Assembly (NCBI GenBank): GCA_038276395.1
Contig: JBBQAA010000044.1
Coordinates: 187 to 64,186, forward strand
Reading direction: 5' to 3'
Length of the DNA: 64,000 nt
From: Solirubrobacterales bacterium
Lineage (GTDB): Bacteria; Actinomycetota; Thermoleophilia; Solirubrobacterales; Solirubrobacteraceae
Both the position numbers and the translations under genes were made by a program. Below are positions 19,169-28,756 of this stretch, in pieces; within the stretch, counting starts at the first letter, position 1, and the number at the start of each line of letters is the position of its first letter. A model generated the notes under the pieces. The model searched no databases and was not told the origin of the DNA. It saw nothing but the letters and a program-made list of their open reading frames with translations.

Positions 19169-19938
19169 GAGGAGGCGGCGGCGCGGTCGGGATGGGGGAA
19201 GTACTTGACGCCCTTCAGCTTCAGCCGCGCCGCCTGCCCGTAGATCCGGGCGGTGGCGCGCAGCGTGGGGGCCGGGTATCTCAGTAATACGCGGGTGAGC
19301 GCGGCGCGGTTCAGCTCGCGGCGCCGGAGCGACAGCGTGGCGTCGAAGACCTTCTCCCCCGCGCGGCGGTTCTCGATCCTCGCCACGAGCCGCTCCCCGG
19401 GCACGTCGAGGCGCCACTCGTAGGTGTGGTCCATCCCGAGAAACGGCGAGACGTGCAGCACCTTCTCGAAGGTCTCGCGCACGCTTTCCCCCGCCTCCGC
19501 CGGCTCTGAGACGTCGAGCACGTAGGCGTGGCGCTCGCCCCACGGGGTGTTCGTGACCTCGGCGACGACGGCCTCGAGGCGCTCGCCGTCGCGCGCGAAG
19601 CAGTAGTAGAAGGACACCGGGTTGAAGCAGTGGCCGAAGGTGCGGAGGTTCGTCAGCAGGCGGATCGGGCCCGTGGGGCGGGCGCCCCCGCGCTCCTCGA
19701 CGAGGTCGCGCACCGCGTGGGCGAGCGGCGTCCGCGGATCCCCCAGGTAGTCGGCGCGGCGGAAGTAGGCGAGGTTCCGTCGCCGGGCCGACCACAGCGG
19801 GTGGACGTCGAGCGCGCCCGGCAGCTCGGTCAGGTCGAGGTAGAGCATCGACTGCGGGTAGCGGAAGGCGTGGGGCACCGAGCCGTGGCGTCGATGGGCC
19901 ACCGTCCCCTCGTAGACCGCGCTACGCAGCGGCCTCAC
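19165..19938 (-). CDS. DUF1365-family protein
   Basis: Y.G.V.H.R......H.F.Y......LDL.EL and FGHCFNPVSFYYCF, in the conserved position between the amine oxidase and the CFA synthase. GTGA overlap at the start. Confidence 0.8.
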   Translation of the reverse strand: MRPLRSAVYEGTVAHRRHGSVPHAFRYPQSMLYLDLTELPGALDVHPLWSARRRNLAYFRRADYLGDPRTPLAHAVRDLVEERGGARPTGPIRLLTNLRTFGHCFNPVSFYYCFARDGERLEAVVAEVTNTPWGERHAYVLDVSEPAEAGESVRETFEKVLHVSPFLGMDHTYEWRLDVPGERLVARIENRRAGEKVFDATLSLRRRELNRAALTRVLLRYPAPTLRATARIYGQAARLKLKGVKYFPHPDRAAASS

Positions 19939-21176
19939 AGCTTGACCCCGAAGCGCTCGGCCACGCGGGCGCCCGAGACGACGCCGTCCTCGTGGAATCC
20001 CGAGCCCCACCAGGCGCCGCAGTAGTGGGTGCGGTTGACCCCGGAGATCTCGGCGTGGCGGGCCTGGGCGGCGACGCCCGCGGGCGTGAAGACGGGGTGG
20101 GCGTAGGGGATCGTGCGGATGATCCGCGCCGGGTCGATCCACTCGCTCAGGTTGAGGGTCACGCAGAACTCGACGGGCGCGTCGAGGCGCTGCAGCGTGT
20201 TCATGTGGTAGGTCACGGTGGATTTCGCAATCGGCTCCTCGAGCAGGTGGAAGTTCCACGAGGACCACGTGGCGCGGCGCCGCGGGAGAAGGCTCCGGTC
20301 GGTGTGGAGCACCGCCTCGTTTCGCGCGTAGGGCACGGCGGCGAGGAGCTCGCGCTCGGCGTCGGTCGGGTCGGCCAGCATGGCCAGCGCCTCGTCGGCG
20401 TGGGCGGCGATCACCACCTCATCGAAGCGCTCGGCCTCCCCCCCGCGCGGCGTGAGCGTGACGCCCTCGGGGTCCCGGGCGATGCGCTCGACGGGGGTCC
20501 CCAGGCGGATCCGCCCGGCGAAGGGCTCGGTCAGCTTCTCGACGTAGCGCTTCGAGCCGCCGATGACCGTGCTCCACTGCGGCCGGTTCGTCAGCGAGAG
20601 CATCCCGTGGTTGGCGAAGAACTCGCACAGGAAGCGCGCGGGGAAGCTCCACATCTGCCGCGGGTCGGCCGACCACACCGCCGAGGCCTGGGGCACGAGC
20701 AGCCGATCGATGAACGGCCGCGAGAACCGCCGCGCCTGGAGGAAGTCGCCGAGCGAGGTCGTGGTGTCCTCGCTCGCCAGCAGCCGGCGCGCCTCGGCGT
20801 TGAAGCGGCGGTACTCGAGGAGCATGCGCAGGAACCACGGGCGCAGGAGGTTCTCCCGCTGGGCGAAGAGGCCCCGCGGGGTGCCGGCGTACTCGAGCTC
20901 CCCGTCCTCGGTGGAGACCGAGAAGGACATCTCGGTCGGCTGCGTGGGGACGCCGAGCGCGGCCATCAGCCGGTCGAAGGTCGGGTAGTTGCGGTCGTTG
21001 CACACGATGAAGCCGGTGTCGACGTCCCAGGTGCCGTCCTCCCGCTCGACGCGGACCGTGTTCGTGTGGCCCCCCGGGTAGGCGTTGGCCTCAAAGACGG
21101 TGATGTCGTGCTCGGGGTGGAGGGCGTGGGCCACGGTCAGCCCGGACACGCCGGCCCCGGCGATCGCGATGCGCAT
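19935..21176 (-). CDS. FAD-dependent oxidoreductase (amine-oxidase-like)
   Basis: MRIAIAGAGVSGL dinucleotide-binding motif...GGHT. Conserved partner of DUF1365 and CFA synthase. Confidence 0.85.
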   Translation of the reverse strand: MRIAIAGAGVSGLTVAHALHPEHDITVFEANAYPGGHTNTVRVEREDGTWDVDTGFIVCNDRNYPTFDRLMAALGVPTQPTEMSFSVSTEDGELEYAGTPRGLFAQRENLLRPWFLRMLLEYRRFNAEARRLLASEDTTTSLGDFLQARRFSRPFIDRLLVPQASAVWSADPRQMWSFPARFLCEFFANHGMLSLTNRPQWSTVIGGSKRYVEKLTEPFAGRIRLGTPVERIARDPEGVTLTPRGGEAERFDEVVIAAHADEALAMLADPTDAERELLAAVPYARNEAVLHTDRSLLPRRRATWSSWNFHLLEEPIAKSTVTYHMNTLQRLDAPVEFCVTLNLSEWIDPARIIRTIPYAHPVFTPAGVAAQARHAEISGVNRTHYCGAWWGSGFHEDGVVSGARVAERFGVKL

Positions 21177-21236
21177 GCTGTAAGTGTGTTCGATTCCGTG
21201 GCGAAGCACGGATCAATCCGGTAACTTCGCCCGAGC

Positions 21237-22469
21237 GTGTCCGCCGAGCCCATCTCCCTGCACTCCCTCCACGTCGCCGAGGCCGAGAACTGGGAGGACG
21301 GCCCGCCCCACGCCCTGTTCAAGGAGCTGCGCGCGCGCTGCCCGATCCACTGGTCCGACGGCTTCACGGAGTTCCCCGAGGAGGACGGCTACTGGTCCGT
21401 CACCCGGGCGGAGGACGTGAAGACGGTCTCGCTCGACTGGGAGACCTACTCCTCCTACCACGGGATCACGGCGATCACCCACGCCGTCCTGCCGCTCGAG
21501 CTGACCCGGGCCATGTTCATCGGGATGGATCCGCCCAAGCACGACCGCCTCAAAGCCCTCTTCCAGCGCGGCTTCACGCCGCGGCGGATCGCCGAGCACG
21601 AGGCGACGATCCGGGAGATCACGTGCGGCGTGCTCGAACGCCTGGCCCGGCGGGAGACCGCCGACCTCGTCCCCGAGATCGCCCAGCCCGTCGTCTCCCG
21701 CGTCATCGGGTCGTTCATGGGGATCCCGCCCGAGGACGACGCCGTCTGGGCGCGGCTCATGAACTCGCTGCTCGGCGCGGGCGACGAGGAGCTGAACCCG
21801 GCGGGCGCCGAGTCGCTCAGGGACAACGAGATCCCCGAGATGTTCGAGCGCTGCCACGCGCTGATCGCCGCGCGCCGCGAGACCCCGACGCACGACCTGA
21901 CGAGCGTGCTCGTCCACGCCGAGGTCGACGGCGAGCGGCTGACCGACGACGAGATCGTCATGGGGTTCGTCCTGCTCGTCGCCGCCGGGAACGACTCGAC
22001 GAAGGCGACCTACTCCTCCGGGATGCGCGCACTGCTGGAGGACCCGGAGCAGTGGGCGCTCCTGCGCGAGGACCCGTCGCTGGCCCCCGACGTGGTCGAG
22101 GAGGCGCTGCGGATGTTCCCCGCCTTCTCCCACTTCCGGCGCACCGCGACCCGGGACACCGAGCTCTCCGGCCAGCCGATCCGGGAGGGCGAGAAAGTAG
22201 TGCTGTGGTACGCGTCCTCCAACCGCGACGAGTCCCGCTACGAGGACCCGGACGTCTTCGATCTTCGCCGCCGCGCCGAGCACCAGGCCTTCGGCGCGGG
22301 CGGCCGCCACTTCTGCCTCGGCACGGCGCTGGCCCGGCTCGAGCTGCGGATCCTCTTCGAGGAGACCGTCCGCCGGTTCCCCGAGATGTCGCTCGCGGGC
22401 GCGCCCCGCTACTCGGTCTCAGCCTTCGCCTCCCAGCTCACGCGCCTGCCCGTCGCCCTCGGCGGCTGA
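21237..22469 (+). CDS. Cytochrome P450
   Basis: Heme-binding loop FGAGGRHFCLGTALAR, an AGNDST I-helix motif, and EE.LR. Confidence 0.9.
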   Translation: MSAEPISLHSLHVAEAENWEDGPPHALFKELRARCPIHWSDGFTEFPEEDGYWSVTRAEDVKTVSLDWETYSSYHGITAITHAVLPLELTRAMFIGMDPPKHDRLKALFQRGFTPRRIAEHEATIREITCGVLERLARRETADLVPEIAQPVVSRVIGSFMGIPPEDDAVWARLMNSLLGAGDEELNPAGAESLRDNEIPEMFERCHALIAARRETPTHDLTSVLVHAEVDGERLTDDEIVMGFVLLVAAGNDSTKATYSSGMRALLEDPEQWALLREDPSLAPDVVEEALRMFPAFSHFRRTATRDTELSGQPIREGEKVVLWYASSNRDESRYEDPDVFDLRRRAEHQAFGAGGRHFCLGTALARLELRILFEETVRRFPEMSLAGAPRYSVSAFASQLTRLPVALGG

Positions 22470-22580
22470 GACCGCATCCCGGTCAGGTCGCGCGGCGGCG
22501 GAGCGCGGCCCAGGCCAGGAGGCCCGCGAGCGCGGCGCCACGCTCGAAGCGATCCGGGAGACGGCGTCCGGCCAGTGACA

Positions 22581-23507
22581 CTAGGCCGCGAGTAGCTTCG
22601 CGCCCGCCGGCGTGCGCCGCGCGGCGACGAGCGTGAGCGTCTCGAGCATCGCGCGCGTGGCCGGGGAGCGGCGGGAGGCCTCCGTCGTGGCGGCGAGGAT
22701 CCGGCGGACGGGCGCCGGCCCCGTCAGCGAGCGCACGACGATGTCGTCGCGCACGTTGACGAGCGCGAGGTCGGGGATGAGCGCGACCCCGACTCCGGCG
22801 GCGACGAAGCCCTGGATCGCGTTGTAGTCGTCGGACTCGTAGGCCACGTGGGGCTCGAAGCCCGCGGCGCGGCACGCCTCGAGGTAGACGAAGCGGTCGG
22901 GGCAGGCCCCGGTCGAGCCGAGCATCCAGTGCTCGGCGGCGAGGTCGGCGAGGCGGACCCGCGCGCGCTCGGCCATGCGGTGCTCGCGCGGCAGCACGAC
23001 GTACATCGGGTCGTCGATCAGGTGAGTGAGCAGAACCTCCTCCTCGCCCCCGCCCTCCCCCTCGATCGTCAGCGCGAGGTCGAACGCGCCCGCCCTCAGG
23101 CCGGCCACGGCCTCGGCGGGCTCCTCCATCGCCAGCTCCACCTCGACGCCGGGGTGGCGGCGACGGAACTCGGCCACGGCGGCGGGGACGAGCGTTGCGC
23201 CCGCACTCGGGAACGAGGCCAGGCGGACGCGGCCGCCCCGCAGGCCGGCGATCGCCTCGAGCTCGGCCTCGGCGGCGGAGAGCCGGGCGAGGATCGCGTC
23301 CGCGTGGCGCACGAGGGCGGCGCCGGCGTCCGTCAGCCGGATGCCGCGCGCGCCGCGCTCGACGAGGCGGGCGCCGGCTTCGCGCTCGAGGCCCGCGACC
23401 TGCTGGGAGACCGCGGACTGTGTGTAGCCGAGAGCCTCGGCGGCGGCGGAGAAGGAGCCCCGCTCAGCGACCTCTTGGAGGACGCGCATCTTGCGGACGT
23501 CGAGCAT
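22581..23507 (-). CDS. LysR-family transcriptional regulator
   Basis: N-terminal HTH MRVLQEVAERGSFSAAAEALGYTQSAVSQQVAGLE plus a substrate-binding domain. Confidence 0.9.
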   Translation of the reverse strand: MLDVRKMRVLQEVAERGSFSAAAEALGYTQSAVSQQVAGLEREAGARLVERGARGIRLTDAGAALVRHADAILARLSAAEAELEAIAGLRGGRVRLASFPSAGATLVPAAVAEFRRRHPGVEVELAMEEPAEAVAGLRAGAFDLALTIEGEGGGEEEVLLTHLIDDPMYVVLPREHRMAERARVRLADLAAEHWMLGSTGACPDRFVYLEACRAAGFEPHVAYESDDYNAIQGFVAAGVGVALIPDLALVNVRDDIVVRSLTGPAPVRRILAATTEASRRSPATRAMLETLTLVAARRTPAGAKLLAA

Positions 23508-23536
23508 TAGCTGAGCTTATCGCATTCGTGAAAAAG

Positions 23537-23548
23537 GTTCATTTGAAC
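23537..23548. promoter_or_regulatory. GTTCA-TT-TGAAC inverted repeat in an AT-rich divergent promoter region (possible LysR box)
   Basis: It lies in the only AT-rich stretch (about 23510-23550) between lysR (start 23507) and the downstream operon (start 23611). Confidence 0.3.
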
Positions 23549-23610
23549 TTATGCCTGGTCCTTGCCAGGATGCCAGGGCAGCTTCCCCACCGATCCGAGA
23601 GGAGGTCACC

Positions 23611-23910
23611 ATGACCCAGACCGAGAGCATCACCATCCGCCGTGCCCGGGAGGACGACGCGGACGCGCTCGCGCGCCTCGCCGTGCTCGACTCGCAGGCG
23701 CCGCTGACCGGCGCGGTGATCCTCGCCGAGGAGGACGACTGCGTGCGCGCCGCGGTGTCGCTGAGCGACGGCGCCGTCGTCGCCGACCCCTTCCACCGCA
23801 CGCTCTCGCTCGTCGAGCTGCTGCGCCTGCGCGCCGGGCGGCTCGGCGGCGAGGTCGACCTGCGCCGCGGCGCGCGCGGCACACTGCGCGCATGGGCCGA
23901 GCCGCGCTGA
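23611..23910 (+). CDS. Hypothetical small protein (99 aa)
   Basis: The ATG at 23611 is preceded by GAGAGGAGG. The earlier ATG at 23551 lacks an SD. The gene is followed closely by the EamA gene. Confidence 0.5.
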   Translation: MTQTESITIRRAREDDADALARLAVLDSQAPLTGAVILAEEDDCVRAAVSLSDGAVVADPFHRTLSLVELLRLRAGRLGGEVDLRRGARGTLRAWAEPR

Positions 23911-23920
23911 GCGTCAGACC

Positions 23921-24829
23921 GTGAGAGCCGGGGAGCCTCCGCCCTGGCAGCTCGCGCTGGGGCTCGGGACGATCTACTTCGTCTGGGGCTCGACCTACGT
24001 GGCGATCCGCGTGATGGTCGAGACCGTGCCCCCGCTGGTCGGAGCCGGCGTGCGCTTCGCGCTCGCCGGCTCCGTCATGCTGCTGATCCTGCGCGACCGC
24101 GTGCGCGTGCCGCGGCGGGAGATCGCCGCCGCGGGCGTCATCGGCCTCGGCCTCTGCTTCGGCGGCAACGCGCTCGTGACGCTGGCCGAGCGGAAGGTCC
24201 CCTCGAGCCTCGCCGCGCTCCTGCTCGCCTCGATCCCGCTGTGGGTCGTCGTCTACCGGGCGCTGGCCGGCGAGCGCGTCTCCCGCGGCACGGTCCTCGG
24301 CGTCGTCGCCGGGTTCGTCGGCGTTGCCGCCCTCCTGCTGCCGGGCACGCGCCCGCACGGCGTCCCGCTCAGCTACGCCCTGCTCGCGCTGCTCGCCGCC
24401 GCGCTGTGGGCAGCGGCCACCTACGGCTCGACGCGGCTGCCGGTCCCGCGCGACCCGCTCGTCTCCGCCGCCTGGCAGATGTTCCTCGGCGGCCTCGTCA
24501 TCTGCCTCGCCGCGGTCCTCTCGGGTGAGCTCGGCGGCCTGCACGCCTCAGCCCTCTCGGCGCGCTCGCTGCTCGCCTTCGCCTACCTCGCCGTCGTCGG
24601 CTCGGTCGTCGCGTTCTCCACCTTCGCCTGGCTGCTCGGCCACGCCCCGGTGTCCCTCGTGGCGACCTACGCCTACGTCAACCCGATCGTCGCGGTGCTC
24701 CTCGGCGCGCTGATCCTCGGGGAGCGCCTGACTCTCGCGACGACCGCCGGGGCGGCCGTCATCGTCCTCTCCGTGGCGTGGACGGTGACGAGCGCGGCCC
24801 GCGCGCGGCGCGCGATGGCCGCGGCGTAG
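23921..24829 (+). CDS. EamA/DMT-family transporter
   Basis: Ten predicted TM helices in two EamA repeats (WGSTYVAIR ...). Confidence 0.85.
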   Translation: MRAGEPPPWQLALGLGTIYFVWGSTYVAIRVMVETVPPLVGAGVRFALAGSVMLLILRDRVRVPRREIAAAGVIGLGLCFGGNALVTLAERKVPSSLAALLLASIPLWVVVYRALAGERVSRGTVLGVVAGFVGVAALLLPGTRPHGVPLSYALLALLAAALWAAATYGSTRLPVPRDPLVSAAWQMFLGGLVICLAAVLSGELGGLHASALSARSLLAFAYLAVVGSVVAFSTFAWLLGHAPVSLVATYAYVNPIVAVLLGALILGERLTLATTAGAAVIVLSVAWTVTSAARARRAMAAA

Positions 24830-24873
24830 ACGGTCGCTTCCACGGCCGCCCCCGCGGCTGGCACACTGCGCGG

Positions 24874-25863
24874 GTGAGCAGCGCCCCCTTCACCTGGCGG
24901 GACGGTCGGCGTACCGTCGTCTTCGGGCCGGACGCGCTCGAGGCCGCGGCCGGGCTCCTCGACGGCCCGTATGTCGTCGTGACGACGCCCCGGGGCCGGC
25001 GCGCCGCCGAGCGAGTGGTGGCCGGCGCCGCGGCCGTGCACGAGCTCGAGCCCGGCCGGGTGGACGAGCTGGCCGGCGCCCTCCTCTCCGAGATCGCGGA
25101 CGGCGCCCTCGTCGTCGGCCTCGGCGGCGGCCGGGTCATCGACACCGCCAAGGCCCTCGCCGCGGCGCGGCGCGGACGCGCGGCGGCGATCCCGACGACG
25201 CTCTCGGGCGCGGAGATGACGGGCATCCACCGCCCCGCCGCCGGCGCTCCGCAGGGAACCGGGTTCGCCCGGCCCGCGATCGTCCTCAACGACCCCGCCC
25301 TGTGCGCCTCCCAGCCCGCTCCCGCGCTCGCCGCCTCGGCCGGCAACGCGCTCGGCCACGCGCTCGAGGGCCCGCTCGCGCCGGGCCGGAACCCCGTGGC
25401 GACGCTCGCCGCCGAGGAGGCCGCGCGTCTCCTCACGGGCGCCTGGGAGGATCCCACCGCCCCCGACCGCCCGGCGCTGGCACTTGGCGCGCTGCTCGCG
25501 GGCTACGTGATCGACGCGACGGGCTACGGCCTGCACCACGTCCTCTCCCAGACGCTCGTGCGCTTCGGCGGCGCGGGGCACGGGCCGGCCAACACGGCGC
25601 TCCTGCCCCACACGACCGCCGCGCTGCGCGCCCGCGCGCCCGAGCGGGTCGCCGCGCTCGACGCCGCCCTGGCCGAGGACGTGGAGGACGCCGCCGCCCG
25701 CCTCGCCGACCTCGCGGGCGCGCGGCGCCTGCGCGACCTCGGCGTCGAGCAGGACGCCCTCGCGGGCTGTGCCGAGCGGGCCGCCGAGCGGCCGGAGCTC
25801 GACGCGATCCCGCCCCGCCCGGACGCGGAGGAGATCGCGCGGATCTACGCGGAGGCGTGGTGA
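24874..25863 (+). CDS. Iron-containing alcohol dehydrogenase family protein (maleylacetate-reductase-like)
   Basis: GLGGGRVIDTAKA, PTTLSGAEMT and H....H segments. Start chosen at GTG 24874. Confidence 0.75.
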   Translation: MSSAPFTWRDGRRTVVFGPDALEAAAGLLDGPYVVVTTPRGRRAAERVVAGAAAVHELEPGRVDELAGALLSEIADGALVVGLGGGRVIDTAKALAAARRGRAAAIPTTLSGAEMTGIHRPAAGAPQGTGFARPAIVLNDPALCASQPAPALAASAGNALGHALEGPLAPGRNPVATLAAEEAARLLTGAWEDPTAPDRPALALGALLAGYVIDATGYGLHHVLSQTLVRFGGAGHGPANTALLPHTTAALRARAPERVAALDAALAEDVEDAAARLADLAGARRLRDLGVEQDALAGCAERAAERPELDAIPPRPDAEEIARIYAEAW

Positions 25864-26603
25864 GGGGCCGCGCACTGCTCGCGCTCGCGCTGCTCGGTCT
25901 AGCGGGCTGCGGCTCCTCGGCCCCTCGCGCCGGCGCGCCCGTCACGCAGCCGGCGCCGGCGCCGGCCCGGCGAGCGGCAGCGACGGCTCCGCGACCGGCG
26001 GCAAGGCCCCCGCGCCCCGCCCGCTCGCACGGGCGCGTGGCGCCGCTTCCTCCCCCGGTGGCCGACCCGAGGCCCGCGGCCGCGGCGCCCTCCGGCAGCG
26101 TCTCCCCTGGGGCCCCCTCCGACGCCGAGGTCAAGCAGGAGCTGCGCCAGGCGCTCGGCCTGAAGCACGGGGCGAGCGAGCGCCAGCTCGTGGACCTCGC
26201 CGAGCTCACGCCCGCCGGCCTCGCGGTGGCGCCGCCGAGCGCGCCGCCCGCCGTCGACGCCGTCATCAGCGCCGGTAACCGCGTGGCGCGAGCGCCCTAC
26301 GTCTACGGCGGCGGCCATGGCACGTGGATCGACTCGGCCTACGACTGCTCGGGCTCGGTCTCCTTCGCGCTCGTCAACGCCGGGCTCGTGCGCAGCCAGC
26401 TCGACTCGACGGCCTTCGAGCACTGGGGGCGCCCGGGGCCCGGCCGCTGGATCACGGTCTACGCGAACGCGGGCCACGCCTGGATGGTCGTCGCGGGCGT
26501 CCGCTTCGACACGAGCGGCCGCGCCGGGCCGCGCGGCTCGCGCTGGCAGCCGCAGACGCGCGGCACCGGCGGGTTCGTGGCCCGGCACCCGGTCGGGCTC
26601 TAG
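25860..26603 (+). CDS. Lipoprotein with NlpC/P60-like (C40) C-terminal domain
   Basis: Lipobox LLGLAGC, a Pro/Ala-rich linker, then YVYGGGHG...YDCSGSVSFAL...GHAWMVV. The GTG overlaps the upstream TGA. Confidence 0.65.
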   Translation: MRGRALLALALLGLAGCGSSAPRAGAPVTQPAPAPARRAAATAPRPAARPPRPARSHGRVAPLPPPVADPRPAAAAPSGSVSPGAPSDAEVKQELRQALGLKHGASERQLVDLAELTPAGLAVAPPSAPPAVDAVISAGNRVARAPYVYGGGHGTWIDSAYDCSGSVSFALVNAGLVRSQLDSTAFEHWGRPGPGRWITVYANAGHAWMVVAGVRFDTSGRAGPRGSRWQPQTRGTGGFVARHPVGL

Positions 26604-26612
26604 CCGATCCCA

Positions 26613-26837
26613 GTGGGAAGCGAGCTGGCCATCCGCGGCGGGGCGATCCGTCTCGGGCAGCTCCTGAAGCTCGCGGGCTGGATCGAGACCGGTGGCGAGG
26701 CGCGCGGGTTCCTCGCCGCCCACGAGGTCCGCGTCAACGGGGAGCCGGAGACGCGGCGGGGCCGTCAGCTCCGGGCGGGCGACGAGGTCGCCTGCGCGGC
26801 GGAGGTGCTGCGGCTCACCGAACTGGGCCCGTCGTGA
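26613..26837 (+). CDS. S4-domain RNA-binding protein (YbcJ-like)
   Basis: 74 aa: IRLGQLLKLAGWIETGGEARGFLAAHEVRVNGEPETRRGRQLRAGDEV. Confidence 0.7.
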   Translation: MGSELAIRGGAIRLGQLLKLAGWIETGGEARGFLAAHEVRVNGEPETRRGRQLRAGDEVACAAEVLRLTELGPS

Positions 26838-27136
26838 GCGCCCGGCGGCGGCGCGGGCTGACGGCGGGCGCGGTCCTCGGGCTCATCCTCGCTGGCGGGC
26901 TTCTGGCCGCGCTCTCTGGCGGCTCGGTGGCGCTCGCCGCGGCCGGCTACGGGGTGGCGGGGATCGGCGGCGTCCTCGCCGTCTCCGCCCTGTTCTACGA
27001 GATCGGCCGCGGGGAGGACGAGCAGCGCGTGACAGAGCGCGCGGCGCGCCCCGAGCCGGCCTCCCCTACCGCTCCCGTACGTCCGTCACCGCCACGAGGC
27101 CGGCGTCCCGCACGGCCTTCTCGCCCACGCCGGTGA
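26834..27136 (+). CDS. Hypothetical small membrane protein
   Basis: GTGA overlap with the S4 gene. Two hydrophobic helices. The tail overlaps the convergent cyclase gene. Weak support. Confidence 0.35.
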   Translation: MSARRRRGLTAGAVLGLILAGGLLAALSGGSVALAAAGYGVAGIGGVLAVSALFYEIGRGEDEQRVTERAARPEPASPTAPVRPSPPRGRRPARPSRPRR

Positions 27137-28214
27137 GCTCTGAGAGCGCGCGGTAGGCGAGCGCCGCCGAGTCAAGCCCGAGCGCGCGGGCGTCCTCGGG
27201 GTCGAGGTGCTCGACGAGCGGCTTGGAGGCGAGCACGGCGCCGTCGCGCGCGGTCTCCTGGATGCGGGCGCCCTCGTTGACCTCGTCGCCGAGCGCCGTC
27301 ACCTCGAGGCGGCCGTCGGTGACGATCTGGCCCATGTAGAGGGTCCCGCCCCAGTGCACCCCGACGTTCAGACAGAGATCCCCGACGCCCGCCTCGGCGC
27401 CCGCGGCCTGGGCGGAGGAGGCCATCCGGCGGGCGGCGGCGATCGCGCCGCGCGCGGCGCCCGAGGCGCTCTCGAGATCGTCGGTGAGGAAGAAGGCCGT
27501 GACGCCATCCCCCGCGTGCTTGCCGACGATCCCGCCGTGCTCGACGATCGTCGCGTCCATGACCGTCGAGAGGCTCTGGAGCAGGCGGAAGTAGGCGGCG
27601 CTCGAGAGCCGCCGGGACAGCGTGCCCGACGCCTGCAGGTCGGCGAAGAGGACGGCGGCCTCGCGGCGGCCGGGGGCGGCGATCTTTGCCATCCGCTCGA
27701 ACAGGGTCGGGTCGCCGCGGGCCACCAGGGCGAGGAGCGAGGCGGGCAGCGAGGAGCCGTAGAGGTAGACGGTGCCGAACTCCTCGCCGTCCCGCCCGCG
27801 CGGGCGCAGGCCGAAGTAGCGGATGCGCCCGACCGGCGCCCAGTGGATGAGCGAGGTCCAGGCCGGGAAGTGGAGCGGCTCGGCCTCGCGCGCGATCGCC
27901 TGGATCTCCGGCGCGTCGGTCAGCGCCACGAGCCCGTCGCGTCCGTCGGGCGTGCCGGCCAGCATGTGCGGGATGTTCTCGCGCATCCAGCCGAGCTGCA
28001 CCTCGGGCGGGATGTAGCGGGCGCGCAGCTCCATCCGCCGGGTCTCGAGGATGTGGCGGCCGAGGCCGAGCTCCTCGTCCTCCGGGTCGCCGAGCAGGCG
28101 GCGGAACTGGCTCGAGACCCAGACGAGCGTCCAATCGGGGGCGCACAGCTCCGCGGCCCAGCCCGTGTGTTCGAGCTGCTCGGCCATCGCGGCGAGCCGC
28201 GGGTGGATCTCCAC
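27066..28214 (-). CDS. Class III adenylate/guanylate cyclase with N-terminal sensor-like domain
   Basis: AAVLFADLQASGTLS...GGIVGKHAGDGVTAFF...GVHWGGTLYMG...LGDEVNEGARI. Confidence 0.85.
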   Translation of the reverse strand: MEIHPRLAAMAEQLEHTGWAAELCAPDWTLVWVSSQFRRLLGDPEDEELGLGRHILETRRMELRARYIPPEVQLGWMRENIPHMLAGTPDGRDGLVALTDAPEIQAIAREAEPLHFPAWTSLIHWAPVGRIRYFGLRPRGRDGEEFGTVYLYGSSLPASLLALVARGDPTLFERMAKIAAPGRREAAVLFADLQASGTLSRRLSSAAYFRLLQSLSTVMDATIVEHGGIVGKHAGDGVTAFFLTDDLESASGAARGAIAAARRMASSAQAAGAEAGVGDLCLNVGVHWGGTLYMGQIVTDGRLEVTALGDEVNEGARIQETARDGAVLASKPLVEHLDPEDARALGLDSAALAYRALSELTGVGEKAVRDAGLVAVTDVRER

Positions 28215-28217
28215 GCG

Positions 28218-28448
28218 CTACGCGGAGATCTTGAGCAGGATGATCGTGTTGACCGCGAAGGCGATCGCGAAGCCCACGGTCCAGCGGTTCAGGTTCCGCT
28301 CCACGAGCGAGCCGCCGCCGAGCGGTCCCTGCCCCGAGCCGACGCCGAAGGCGCCCGAGAGACCGGCGTCCTTCCCCGAGTGCATGAGCACGAGGAAGAT
28401 GAGCACGAAGGCGATGATCACCTGCGCGACGGAGAGGACGAGCTCCAT
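28218..28448 (-). CDS. secG: Preprotein translocase subunit SecG
   Basis: 76 aa, two TM helices, LMHSGKDAGLSGAFG motif. Confidence 0.9.
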   Translation of the reverse strand: MELVLSVAQVIIAFVLIFLVLMHSGKDAGLSGAFGVGSGQGPLGGGSLVERNLNRWTVGFAIAFAVNTIILLKISA

Positions 28449-28462
28449 GGCGAACAGGATAC

Positions 28463-28756
28463 CTACGGGGCGGGTGGCGGCGCCCCCCGCGCGCGATCGA
28501 GACGGCGAAGGATCTCCACCGCCTCCGCGCGCAGCGCCCGGTCGGTTGCGCGGTAGTCCGCCTCCTCCATCTTCCCCGTGCGGAAGTCGAGCTCGAGCTC
28601 GCGGATCTCGCGGTACTTCGCCTCGCGCGCGGCGTCGAGGTCGGCCTCCTCAGCTGAGCGCGTGGCCTCGGCCTGCGCGGCGCGGCCGGGGCGCAGCGGG
28701 CCGGCGAGGATCCACACCGCGGCCGCGAGGACCGCGAGGATGACGACGAACTGCAC
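28463..28756 (-). CDS. Small membrane-anchored helical protein, resembles the N-terminal module of CcmI
   Basis: N-terminal TM, then the charged helix ...YREIRELELDFRTGKMEEADY...ILRRL. This resembles the CcmI pattern Y..QL.EL..D...G.I. The assignment is from memory only. Confidence 0.45.
   Translation of the reverse strand: MQFVVILAVLAAAVWILAGPLRPGRAAQAEATRSAEEADLDAAREAKYREIRELELDFRTGKMEEADYRATDRALRAEAVEILRRLDRARGAPPPAP

Noticed and set aside
21186-21216. T-loop-like GTTCGATTCC and the imperfect palindrome GATTCCGTG n6 CACGGATCAATC between the amine-oxidase and P450 genes. I considered it as a tRNA fragment or an operator.
   Set aside because: No cloverleaf can be drawn, so it is not a tRNA. 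The palindrome is short and imperfect. It may be an operator, but the evidence is too thin to list as a feature.
23551-23610. Upstream ATG giving a 119-aa version of the small protein after lysR.
   Set aside because: There is no SD in front of 23551, whereas the ATG at 23611 is preceded by GAGAGGAGG at the proper spacing.
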